This document shows positions 1 to 11,900 of a DNA stretch of 45,164 bases, in pieces. How positions within the stretch are numbered: position 1 is the first letter of the stretch; every line of letters begins with the position of its first letter. Made by a program: the position numbers and the translations under genes. The notes under the pieces are model-generated. The model had not been told where the DNA came from. It saw only the letters and a list, made by a program, of their open reading frames with translations, and made no database searches. Origin of the DNA: Phoronis australis (lineage: Eukaryota > Animalia > Phoronida); contig NMRA01000392.1 of the NCBI GenBank assembly GCA_002633005.1, positions 142,510 to 187,673 on the forward strand, read 5' to 3'.

Positions 1-471
1 AAAACACATGCTCTTTAACTTGGTTAACTGTGAGAAGCAAAAAGCTAACACGACTGGGGCCAATAATGAAATTCGCACAAATTTTACTACATGTTCAAAC
101 CAAAATCGCTTTCAAAATCTACAATTTTTGGAGCACATCTGCGAAAGTTGGTACAGTACATATTCATCATGTCTAATGAAAGACTTGAAGAGAAAAACAC
201 ATGCTCTTTAACTTGGTTAACTGTGAGAAGCAAAAAGCTAACACGACTGGGGCCAATAACGAAATTCGCACAAATTTTACTACATGTTCAAACCAAAATC
301 GCTTTCAAAATCTACAATTTTTGGAGCACATCTGCGAAAGTTGGTACAGTACATATTCATCATGTCTAATGAAAGACTTGAAGAGAAAAACACATGCTCT
401 TTAACTTGGTTAACTGTGAGAAGCAAAAAGCTAACACGACTGGGGCCAATAACGAAATTCGCACAAATTTT
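1..471. repeat. Tandem repeat, 193-bp unit, about 2.4 near-identical copies (probably continues left of the window)
   Basis: Identical ORF starts recur at 8/201/394 and 91/284 (period 193). Copies differ by about one base (aataat vs aataac). Confidence 0.95.
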
Positions 472-803
472 AGTACTGAGAGATGGTGGATCAATACCAG
501 CATCCAGGAACCTCTTCACGTCATACACAGTATACTTTCGCTCAGCCATATCAACAACGACACGAAACCAAAAAATCGACCAGGAACTCGAAGAAAAACA
601 CCTAGACTGGAGAACTCACGAACCTCGACTGCAAAGCAATGATATTTCCCGCGGTTGACGGGAAGTGATTGTCGCGCATGCGCAGTAAGATATTATACCG
701 GAAGGCAAAGGTTTTTCCCGGCAAAGGTTTTTCCCGTGACACCGGCCACAGACACGGAGATGTTTCACGCGGCCTCATACAGCACTTGCTATTAACAGCG
801 TAC

Positions 804-938
804 CTTTCATTCTTCACTACCGCGAGCCACTTCCTAAGCATTTCGGGCTCTCGAGGAAGTAAAAAAATGATATACACGCTTTCTTCGCAGCTTCATAGTT
901 CGGACAAGCGGGAATGATGCACCGCAATATAGCGGCAT
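804..938 (-). pseudogene. Frameshifted THAP-domain N-terminal fragment (probable DNA transposon relic)
   Basis: Minus-strand frames join to give LRCIIPACPNYEAAKKACISF/LPREPEMLRKWLAVVKNER: C-x4-C, then F..P....W, the THAP N-terminal pattern. It ends at an AG|GTACGC donor-like site. Confidence 0.45.
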
Positions 939-1125
939 TCACTCTGCAGACGAACCATGCACTGACGTTGCTGCGCCATTCTCACCTTCCTCACAGGTTA
1001 ACGCGACACCTCTCGGCAAGGTGAGGTCGACCGTGTAAGAGGCGATGTGGAAATAGACCGATTAAGACGGTAAAAAAGACTAATTAAATCGGGTGGAATT
1101 CTCCTTTAATTCATTTTCATTTTGT

Positions 1126-1347
1126 CATAGGTGGATTTAGGGGGGAGCCTTGGCTGCCACAAGCAAAATGAAACAGCAACAGCACCAAGCGTGAGGAAAT
1201 ATAACTAGGACCGATAGTGGAGAAGGGGGGAATTCAGACTCCAGATCGCGGCGGTGTCGCGTTCCCGTTTTTTTTTTAGTCGATATAATTTCCGAACAGA
1301 AGGTTCATACTTCCGGACCCCGCAACTTNATGGTAGATCCGCCACTG
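1126..1347. mobile_element. Short MITE with GGCGGATC-type terminal inverted repeats
   Basis: Left end cataggtggatttag, right end gtagatccgccactg. The same terminal motif occurs at 31508-31664 and 33150-33274. Confidence 0.45.
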
Positions 1348-1767
1348 TTTGTTCACATTGGAATCGTCAAACGAGGCTCTTGAGGTAGGGTTCCAGACAA
1401 CCAGCGGTTTCTCGGTAAAATTTGTCAACAAACCCGTCAGTTACACTGGTCATTCTTCGTATGCTGTCCCGCAGCCTCTGATATCTCTTCAGCTCCAGAA
1501 TAAGAGCCAACTTTCGATAACATGTTACACTGTAGGAGTTGTTTAACAAGAATTTTTTGGATGTTACAATGATGTTACAGTATTTTACGGAAAGGAGTGA
1601 CTAGGTTTCTGAATATTTGTTCTGCAGTTATGAATTAAAAAGTGTGTGCCCTACTGAAAGATGAGATAACGTAACTTTCGAAAACCTACTCGTGTAAATT
1701 ATTTGCGTAGCTAAGCGCGTGTGCGGGAGGGCGTGAGCGTGGGTGTATGTGCGCTTATGTCTAGGGG

Positions 1768-1769
<2 letters not shown>

Positions 1770-1832
<63 letters not shown>

Positions 1833-1900
1833 TGTGTACGTGCGTACGTGCGTACGTGCGTACGTGTGCGTGTGTGTGTGTGTGTGCGTACGTGTGTGTA
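1770..1900. repeat. (TG)n microsatellite with degenerate TACG/TGCG tail
   Basis: Directly visible. Confidence 0.97.
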
Positions 1901-2289
1901 TGTATACTTGTATACGCGAATATATTATTACTGTATTCTACTGTTTCTACAATAATGCTTTGTGCTATATTTATCTGTTGTTGAGATATAATGTTAATTC
2001 GATTTCTAAACAGAAGTGTTATCTCCATTATTTACATTTACCCGTAAAACAAAATTTAAAAAATGAAAAGTTTACCGTGCAAAATACTCCAATCCTATAC
2101 TTCGTGTTTCTGACGACGTATACAATGTAATTGCCAATTCTCTGGTATTTAAATGTTCAGGAGTTTCCTGAACTTATCCTGATTGAGAAATGTTATCAAC
2201 TCCGGAATTTTCTGTGGATCATCTTCTCCACAAAAACACTGGTAATACAAGCATGACAGTCCTCGTTCGCTTCTGCAATAAACGAGAGA

Positions 2290-2575
2290 AGGCTTGGCAC
2301 AGAGCTTGCAAAGACAGTTTGTGTGCCCTCATACTGTAGCTTTGTTGTACGACTTTCCACTAAGGACCAGTTCTACAGGCCTTGACCAAGTACTGCACTC
2401 TCTATCCACACCTCAGCTATTCCGGAATCACTCATGCAATCTTCTATGGCCTTGATGAAGTTCATCGATATGTGAAGAACCACTAAACGAGGTTGGTATT
2501 CTGGGACTGACCACGTAAGCTCCATTAATCTGCAACAGAGTGCTTGGTCGACTGTGAGGACGGTATGTCATGTCC
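2290..2575 (-). mobile_element. Degenerate DNA transposase fragment, Academ-like
   Basis: Manual translation: TVLTVDQALCCRLMELTWSVPEYQPRL..LHISMNFIKAIEDCMSDSGIAEVWIESAVLGQG/VELVLSGKSYNKA/MRAHKLSLQAL. This matches the DQ..W..RLGGxH..SG..GK.Y.RA.R.HKL motif chain I recall for Academ-type transposases. Frameshifted; superfamily assignment is from memory. Confidence 0.6.
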
Positions 2576-3849
2576 AAACGAAATCTTCAGAATACAATGA
2601 ATATACATAACCCAGGAAGCGCCAAGAGGCATTAGATCCGAAATGGGACGATATGGCCATGCATCTCTTTACAACAGTATCTAAAAGTCATGTCGTTGTG
2701 TTTACTATACTTTTATGTCTTATCTAAATAGTGAGATGTTCGCAAAAAGCATTGCTAACTCTGATTTCTAGTTTAATGAAGATGAAATAAAAAGCTTCAC
2801 ATGTGTCATAATGATTTTTCTAAACTTCAAAACATAGGTATAGACACCTTATACCCGAGAAGTAAATAGCATTACTGGGCTTCTTTTCTATGGTGAACTT
2901 GATGTTGTTTCATAAGGAATTCAAAAATGGACATGCGCCGTCGGTATTCTGGATTTTTCTTGATCGGTAAGGATCAAATCCCAAGATATACGTGTAAAGA
3001 TAGGCTATCGTTGCCAGCCACTTTCATGAACAAAACCTGTGTATCGGATTTCAATGTTCAAATATTTCAAATACGACTGGCGTTACTTTTGGTACACTCT
3101 GTATATGATAAGATAAAGTGTCAACTTGGAGCAATATAATCATTATACATGTACAACACGGAACGGAGGTGTAATACGCAAAGCAGTTTTCATTTACCTG
3201 CAAGGTTAGCAACCAAGATCTGTGCTTGTAAGTATCAAGAAAATATTTTCGGAAAACTTTAATTCAAATAATCCAGATATGCTTATTGTCTCAGAATTTG
3301 TCAATAGAATGCATATTAAACCGTGTAAATCGATGACGGTACCGAAATTGGAACTCGGCTGACCTCCTGTACTAAGTCACTATACGCCTGCTCCTGCCCG
3401 AATTGGAATCTGACCCGTATTGGAATAAGCGGTCACTGTCATTTCGTTGCTCTTATTGTGTTGACGTGTGCAGGATTTCTTGTGTTAAGTTCGAGAGATA
3501 AAAGGTATTATATAAGGTATTTTTATCCAAAATTGTGTGAGGTTTAATCAGGGATTCTTTTCTAACATTTTTACAGGTTTTTACCCTTTTCTTAGTGTTT
3601 TGGACACGTGTGTTGCACTGTTACAGACTTGAATTTTTCCACGTGTTTGTCACTTGTCAGCTTATCAGGCCCTTGGTTACCGCTGGTTTTAACTTTTATA
3701 TTTGTTTTCTACCTTTGTGATTTATCTCATCAGTTAGCTTATACAAATGGGCATACACTGTGAACTCATGGACAACGACAAGTATGTTGCTGGAACTGTG
3801 AAGGCTGACAACAGCACAGATTCCGTCTCTGACAGAAATATACAAATAC

Positions 3850-3941
3850 ACAGGCGACCCCAGCTTCTGATCGCCCCCAATACATTTGAATACTGTATGC
3901 ATAAAATGTATTGGGGATGATCAAAAGCTGAGGACGCCTGT
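3850..3941. repeat. 92-nt imperfect hairpin (38-bp arms, 16-nt loop)
   Basis: acaggcgaccccagcttctgatcgcccccaatacattt (3850-3887) is the reverse complement of 3904-3941 with 5 differences. Confidence 0.85.
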
Positions 3942-5738
3942 TCAAGAATCCTGTGCTGATACTGCTGAAGATCGAGTCTAAAAGGACAGTTAAAGTCGTT
4001 CATTGGCAGAAAGAATATCCGTCCTCAGTCTTATAGAGATGAATGTAACTGACACTTGTCTGTTCTCTGGAAATGTAAAAACTGTTTGATTGTTCAAGTT
4101 ACATCCAATTAAACAATCCCTGACTCCGATGAATTTGTTTTGCTGTTCCCAGATTGAAATTAGGTTTATTGAAAAATTAACAAACTACCATTACCATTCA
4201 GTGCCGTGCATGATTCAGTTAACTGAAAATTACCTTACACCCATTGCTACATCCTAGATCTGACTGTGAGGCCTTATTCGCTGAATAGCTTCTGACGTAA
4301 GAAGCTCTTACAGGAGCCTCATCTCTACAGTCATGTTGTCGAAAAAAACAAAACGCCCTTTACGAATTGTGATCAGACCATTTCACAATGTTGAATATAA
4401 AGTGTAGTTTGTTTTACACAAATATTTCGATGTTTGGAGCTTGCGTTCATGTAACTTTGAAGCCGGAGGTGTGATCGCCGCGTGATTCCAATACGGGCCG
4501 GCTGCCGAGCGTGTGTCCCGTATTGGAATCGGCGACAGTAAGACTTTAAAGTTGTTGGAAATACGTGGAAACGTAACAACACATTTTAACGTGATCTTTT
4601 CGTATAAAGCAATATTCAAATTTGTCGAAAATGTTCTATTTTTTTCGAAATAATTCGACTTGAGCTCCTGCAACGGCGTAATCGCCGCCATTTTGAATTT
4701 AGACTCAGTCAACCTTGTACAATGATTGAAGATTTAATAACAACACGATGTTGTGAGTATCGGTACTATATTAAAACTATGAAACAAAACCTCGATTTCA
4801 TTAAAACATATACTGAATTATAAAGTTTTATACTCAATTTACCGTTTTAAATGCAAACGTAAAATATATTCCAATACGGGCCGGAACACGCCCCTTATTC
4901 AGGCACATGTACTGTATCTGAAACCTAGAAAAGGCGAAAAGCAGTTCCCGGGCCAGTATAGATGTACAAGACTAAAACGTATTGTGAAATTTCCAAGCCA
5001 ATTGCTTCTACACAGCGCAGCAGTGGTTGACCATCCTAAGTTTTCAGTAGTCCTAGGGCAACTTGCTTAAAAAGAGTGTGCCATGCTGATGATGAGTTTT
5101 CACGGCAAGATTGCCAACGTCTACAAAACTGGCCAGGTCGATAGCTTAGCTCTTTCCACCGAAAGCGCTCATAATCTATTCACAGGTTAGTCAGGACAAA
5201 CTGACCCTCAATGATACAACCCAAAGGTGGGGGTGTAATTTTAATAAATAACCTTTCAGGGGCTAAAAGCCGCTAGGAGAAAAAGATGTTATAGAATAAA
5301 CCTCAGTGAAAGGATGACATTTTCTTCGAAGCTTCATATCAAAAAGTCTAAATGGGCATAACCCTATCGAGGCCTCGGCCACTAAATGATGAACACTTAA
5401 AGATCATAGGCGGTTTCTGAATATTCAATTTCATACTGATGTCAAACAATCAAGATCTTATTTCTACCTTACGAACGAAAAATATGTAACTACTCCAATT
5501 TAGAGTACAAAAACTGAAGCTCAGAGACGTGTGTCCCACCACAAAAACCAAGTGAGAACTGTTCAGTGCCTTCTTAGGGTAAGGTATGGTTACGATAAGC
5601 GTTAGGGTGAAGGACAGTTATGGTAAGTGTTAGGTACGAGTACATGTGATGTCACTTGTTCTTGTCCGATTGTAGGCCCACGTTTCTTTTTTAGTTATCG
5701 TGAATACTTTTGCCATGCTTTATTTCAGAACGACTGAC

Positions 5739-5929
5739 ATGTCTCGCAAAGCAATCATCATCGGCTGTTCGGTTGCAGCATTGGTTGGCATTGGTGTCGG
5801 TGTTCTGATTGGTTATTTTTCTCGCCAAATTCCACCGTCATTGGAATCAATGAAGGAACCAGATATCGATCGCGTGTTTAATAAGCTGAAATCGGATATC
5901 AAGGCAGAGAACATTAGAGAAAACTTAAG
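5739..5929 (+). CDS. M28B peptidase coding exon 1 (short cytosolic tail, transmembrane anchor, stalk)
   Basis: [29 protein letters not shown]...[11 protein letters not shown]. Acceptor tttcag ends at 5728; donor AG|GTACAC, phase 2. Confidence 0.88.
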
Positions 5930-8900
5930 GTACACGAATGAATGATTGTATGAAAGTGAAAGTCTCGTGCAATGTCTTTGTAAATAATATGCTTTGGCGG
6001 TCAGAGGGATGAGGACAGCAATTTTTATCGGGTAACCTGTGCAGCTGAGCATACCTCACATACAATGACAATGGGAAAAATTGCCCGGCCTCTGACATTT
6101 ATTGAATTTAGTATCTTTATTGCCATTGCAATTTAATAAGCGAAAATAAATGAAGGTTGCAAGAAATAAATATAAAACTGAACGTAACCAATTACATATC
6201 CATCAGAGGAGCAAAACAAGAAATAGTAGTTTATTAAGGATTAGAGGAACCTACACTTTTCTCTCTAGAGCGGAGGCATCATCAACAAATTCAACTAATT
6301 TAGCTTGTACATTTTCATCACAGCTTGTTAAAATATTTTTAAATTTGATGTTGTTCGGGATACATCTGAATTCCGGTTCGATAAATACATTCCTTAGACT
6401 CGAATACAGTGTGCAAAAAAATGAAGCTCGCCTTCTATTTCAATACAAATGGGCAAAACGTTCCGAAACTGTCGTACAATTTGAATGCGTCGCTCAGACT
6501 CAATACCTAATTTATGATTTGATAATCTGAGTCCTGTCACAGCATGAATAAAGATGATAAATCCAGTGCTAAATAAATAACGTTGAATTTGATGACATAG
6601 TACGTTGAGTTTGATGACATGGTACGTATCAAGAGTTGTACGATTATAATACCCAACTTCCTCTCTTGCAAATAATAGTCCTTTAATCTTTTTTCAAAAG
6701 CAATAAGAAAATTGTCGAAACCATACCGTTCCAAAACCATAACGGTACAGTAACAGTCTAGCTGGTGACACCTATGTAACTTTACTAACTCCATCCAACT
6801 CAAAAAGCATGTTACATACAGCTTTACAAAGTCTTATATGAGGTAAATTGACTGGTTTCAACCAATCTTTTATGCTTTTGATGAACAGTGGGACTGCTGG
6901 TCGTTGAACTACCAACAGCTAACTTCCGTTTACAGAAATCCAAGTGAATCTTATCTATACATTTGCACTCCTAAAAACCCAACCAACAATTTCGAGTGGC
7001 AGACGATAACACGAATACAAGTATATCACTTTATCAAAAGCTTTGAGTACCTATTGAACTAGTGTTCGAGTGGCTTGAGATCACCGTAATTTTGGTGTAT
7101 CGCATATACCAAGATATTTGCATCATGACACTACGTTACTTTCGTGGTTATCATAAAACTCTTTTTCAAAACGACGAAGAGGGCCAACTTTCCGAAACAC
7201 CACATTTTTTTGTTTTTGGCAAGATTAACCGTCATGCCCCAATCCAAGCAATATTTATGTTGGACATTAATTTGTTTTTTTTTTAATTTCCTAGCTGTCA
7301 ACGCACACTCCACTATATCGTCTATATATAAGAGCACATTATTTCTGAGTCTTGGTTATTCACAAAAATCGCACTGCTACAATCTTTCTCAATATACTCT
7401 AAAAACTCACTGTTGTACATTATAAATATGAAGGGGCTGAGCATGCATCCTTGCCTGATATTCTCATAGTAGTTAAAATCTCAATTAGCAATTCGCAGGA
7501 TCTCAACATTTTACCATATTTTACCATACATCACTTTTGGAGTCCACAAAGCAGCGATATCTCTATATATTTCTGAACCAATCCATGTAAAGTAAGTACA
7601 GCACACATCACGAATTTTTGTCCAACCGGTCGGCTAAGAGTCTACGACCGGCCGTCGACCGGCCGACCGGCAGCCGGCCGCAGTGCCGACTCACCAGGCG
7701 ACCACCCAGCCGACTCTACTGTTGACCTTAATTTGCTGACCGGCCATCAGCCCAGCCGGGGAGAGTAGAGTATAGATGATGGCGAAGCCCTCCGACAGCT
7801 TCGCAAGATCGGTGGATCTCGCCAGCCGACCCGCTGGTCAGCTGCTATTTTTGGGCTAGTGTAGCAGCTGCGTAATACCGCTTTGCGTGCCGATGCATAT
7901 TCGTCTCGGCTCAGCGTCAAATAAATTAACCTAGTTTTACTGTGTCTCCCTTACATGAGTTCACACCGGTTGTGTAACATCACTAATTCAGTGGTTGAAG
8001 GCACGCGGTAATAATGAACATTGCATTATGGACAATGCTTTTTTGGGTAACAAAACGTGAAAGTTTTCTTTACACTTGATCTTTTGACTCGCGACATTAA
8101 CAAGTTGCATTAGATTGGCTGTTTCCGGTCAATACAACCCCGTAGTCATTTTGTAAACACAGCTGCTATTTTTGATAGTTTTCGCCCACACTTGTTTTTT
8201 GTTTGTGTTACGCCGAACTGCATATTTTTGCGTTTTTAAAGTTCTTCACGGGTCTCCTATCACGCGCCCATGATGATGGGATAGTGAGTGAGTTGTTGCA
8301 TCGAAGAGTATGGCGCGTTGAGGGGAAAGTGTCGCCGTAAAATTACGCTTGTAATTACGAGCGTAAATTAAATTGCAGGAGTGTCGCCGTACAATTACGC
8401 TCGTAAATTAAATGGGGAAAAGTTTCGCCGTAAAATTACGCTCGTAATTACGAGCGTAAATTAAATTGCAAAAGTGCTGCAGTAAAATTACGCTCGTAAA
8501 TTAAATGGGGGAAATGTCGCCGTAAATTAGGCTCGTAAAATACCTTCAGAACGTTCCAAATTTAAACCAGTCAGTGTTGACCTAACATACACGACTGTTG
8601 CTAGGCAGCTCGTTCTTGCACAATCGCTGACATTGCAGCAGCGATTTGATCCGCCATGATTCAGTGCTCGTACCGTAGACATGTAACCCGTCAGTAGATA
8701 AGTATTTCCATGAGCACGCGCGACCGTGGATTGTAAAACCCAACGTCATAAGCTAAGAGTTTAAACTAAATTACGAGCGTAATTTTACGCCGTACAGAAT
8801 TAAATTACGCTCGTAATTTTACGGCGTAATTAACGGCGTAATGTACATAATTACGCTCGTATTTTTCCGGCGACACTTTCCCCCCAACGGCCCATCATAG

Positions 8901-11900
8901 AAGAGCGCTTACTGCGCTAGTTACAGGTATCAGTTGGTCGTTCACGTTGTTCCAAAAATAAATATTTTCTTACAACAACATATTGACAAATAAAACAATT
9001 TGAACGGGAAGATGTGAATATGTGGTGAAGAGACATTTGTCTCTACGCACCATTTGTGCATGAGTCTTTGGTAAAGCGATTGCGATGTTGAAAAAATGAA
9101 AGAAAATACACCAAGGTGCACTATTTGAGAAGCAAAGCCTCTACGGATGTTTATAGCGCATGATCTGGCCACCTTAGGTAGTAAGTGACGCTGAATAACA
9201 TCCGGCAACTATGGCCCCCCCNCCCCCCGTTCTCCCCGAGTTCTGCACCTTCCGATGAGTCACCACGCGAGATTTGGTTCAGTTTCAGTCCTAAAATCGC
9301 AGCCCTTCTGTGCTCAGCTGTATCAAGACTTGCGATTTTTTGAAACGGTGCTCAATCTTAAAAACTTCCAGCATGAGAGCGCTCTATATCAGAAATGCCA
9401 AGCACATGGAGTGTTAATTTATGGTGTGATTTTTTGCAACGGCTTTCAGCGCAATGAAATATCACCTAAGTATAAGCCAGTTTCTTTTTCCCAGATTCTT
9501 CAATCAAACATTCTCCCTCGAGCTTGCGTAAATGTCACAAAAAATGATCAGGTTTCACTGCATTATAAGTTTTTAGAATTTTGATATCAGTAAACCCAAT
9601 TTTAGAACAAATTTGCGGCGATTTTGTCATCATCTCATGGAAGATGTCGAAAAAAATCTGGAAGTGGCGCGTGTCACGAACGACGACATACCTTTCTGTG
9701 TTACAAAACGCGGAGAATTACGCAAGAAAATGACGTTGGATATTTTTCGCTTAAACGGTTGTAACGGGCAAGGTGGGTGTTAATTGGCTCCCAGATTTTG
9801 CCTGCACACCCGCTTGTCTTGAGCTCATGTTGATACAAGTTTCACGACGAGGTGATCTTCGTAACTATCCTGACTGTGTGCAATTTCGAGCTCAATACAC
9901 TGTGCCACCTCGCCGCATTTTGACGATAGTCTTCATACAGCTAGCTGGCGAGATAGGAATGCTCTAACTTCGAAACGATTTTTTACTCCCAAAGTAACAA
10001 CAATTGCAGAATGATGATGGATCATGGCTGATACTATAACCGATCACATTCTTCTGTTTTCATGCGCCCATGATTTTAATATCTGCTCTATGTTCAAACC
10101 ATTGTTTATGTTGCTCCTAAAATAAAATTTTGTTCTATTGCTGTGCCAACATATTAAGAAATTGTAAAAAATAAACAATAATTATCTGTGGGAAAGCGCA
10201 ATATACAGCGTGATGAAGTGATGATGAAGTGCAATAACGGATGACCGCAAATGCGTGGTACTTTAGTTGTTGAGCATTCCGCTCCCGCATGAAAACACTC
10301 GAGGTCGTAAAACATCCAGCGTTGTATTCTGATTTTTGTGCAAATTTACTTTAACATTTCAAATTTCTTGGTTGTTGATACTTTTTATGCATAATGTAAA
10401 AGAAGTCTCATATCTAGAGTTCGAAATTACGTTTGATTTTACCACGCCGTCAGCAGTTCAACATAAAGTTTAATTTCACGCAATTCGTATTTGTAGGTTG
10501 ATTCGATTTTACCACCTTTCAATAGCTGAACGAAAGTTGAGAAACCGACGTTAAGACCCTCGTAGTGGCCACTGGTGAACGAACAGCAAACAGCTAAATG
10601 TTTGTTTGGCCAAAGTTCACCCGTTAAGTCATAAAATGGTAATTGCCGACCAAGGACACGTACAATCCGAATTGGTCTGCCAACCCAAGTGCCGACCGCA
10701 GAGGCGACTCAGCAGACGGTTCCTAGCCGACCGTTGTTGGTAGGCCGGTCGGACAAAAATTCGTGATGTGTGCTGCATTAGATCAACGGTCGAATGACTC
10801 TTCCTAAACCGGTTTAAATCTCGTACAACAAATCGTTTTTCTCAGCCCACATGAAGGCTGTGAAACGATTATTGACAAGTTTTGTGGTTATCCCCCATGT
10901 AATTTATAAATGTGATATTCCACGATAATTGATAACTTATTTTATTGAGCCCTGTTTAAAACTGGACAGGGATGACAGCATCGCGCCAAATTTGGGATAA
11001 TTCACCAGTATTCATTATAGAATCAAATATTTTAGAGAATAGGGGTTTCGAGATTACAGGTATTTAAATATTTCGACTCACCGAAAACCAGACCATCTAA
11101 ACCTGCAGCTTTACCATCAGGTAGATGTTTAACCATTTCTGATGTTTCAGCCTCAGAAAATTCGCAACTCATTTGCTGGGGCACATCAAGTGGACATTCA
11201 AACACTCAATAGAGTGCGATTCCTGATTGATAGACTCGGATAAAACGCTGAATGCAATGATCGCCCAGAAGTAGTTACTGAAATAGTCATGCTATCTCTG
11301 TGGTGTGATTAAACATTTTTTGATTTATTGCCAACACGGGATTTAACAGTTTTCCACAATTCCTTTGGATCATGTGTGCTGATAATGATTATCTTTATTT
11401 TATTCTGTTTCTAATGAGCATTTGATTTATTTTCTTTTAAATGTGTTTTTAAAATCAGAACAACATCGTCTTTATAAGTATTCAAGTTTTCTCTTGACCT
11501 ATTTTCACGGAATCTTCGAAGGTTTGTTGTCGGTGAACTTTTGATGTTTCTCAGCAATTCAAGGTCCCACCATGCAAGTGGGGAGCTTTGATTCTTTTTA
11601 GTGTAATTCGATTTCAGTTTTTAACCATATTTGCAGCACTTGCCATATACTCCTGAGTTAACCGTCATGATTAGGTGCTTCAATATCATTATAAGATCAA
11701 TTGCTATTGATACTATATAACGAATTGAGCATAATATCGAACACTTTGTGTACGAATCCCCATCAATCCTACGACGTCCACACAGCCAGCTCTAACAGCT
11801 CCCCCTGATGGCCACAGGACTACCCGCTAGTGTCGAACCTACTTCGGGACAATTATCAAAAAGCAAATTGGTGATCCGATTCATTCCAGAGATCAACAAT

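Noticed and set aside
470-549. Minus-strand MAERKYTVYDVKRFLD, reminiscent of a piggyBac transposase start
   Set aside because: Too short, with no supporting TTAA/TIR or catalytic region.
8-658. Overlapping 67-124 aa ORFs
   Set aside because: They are readings of the 193-bp tandem repeat with no recognisable protein motif.
1654-1685. Hammerhead-like CTGAAAGA..GAGA..TTTCGAAA
   Set aside because: The core has an extra base, stem II is weak, and stems I and III are not convincing.
1711-2130. CV/HT-rich ORFs
   Set aside because: Translations of the (TG)n microsatellite.
8322-8540. Regularly recurring repeats resembling a CRISPR array
   Set aside because: No unique spacers, mixed orientation, enclosed by TIRs, eukaryotic intron context and no cas genes.
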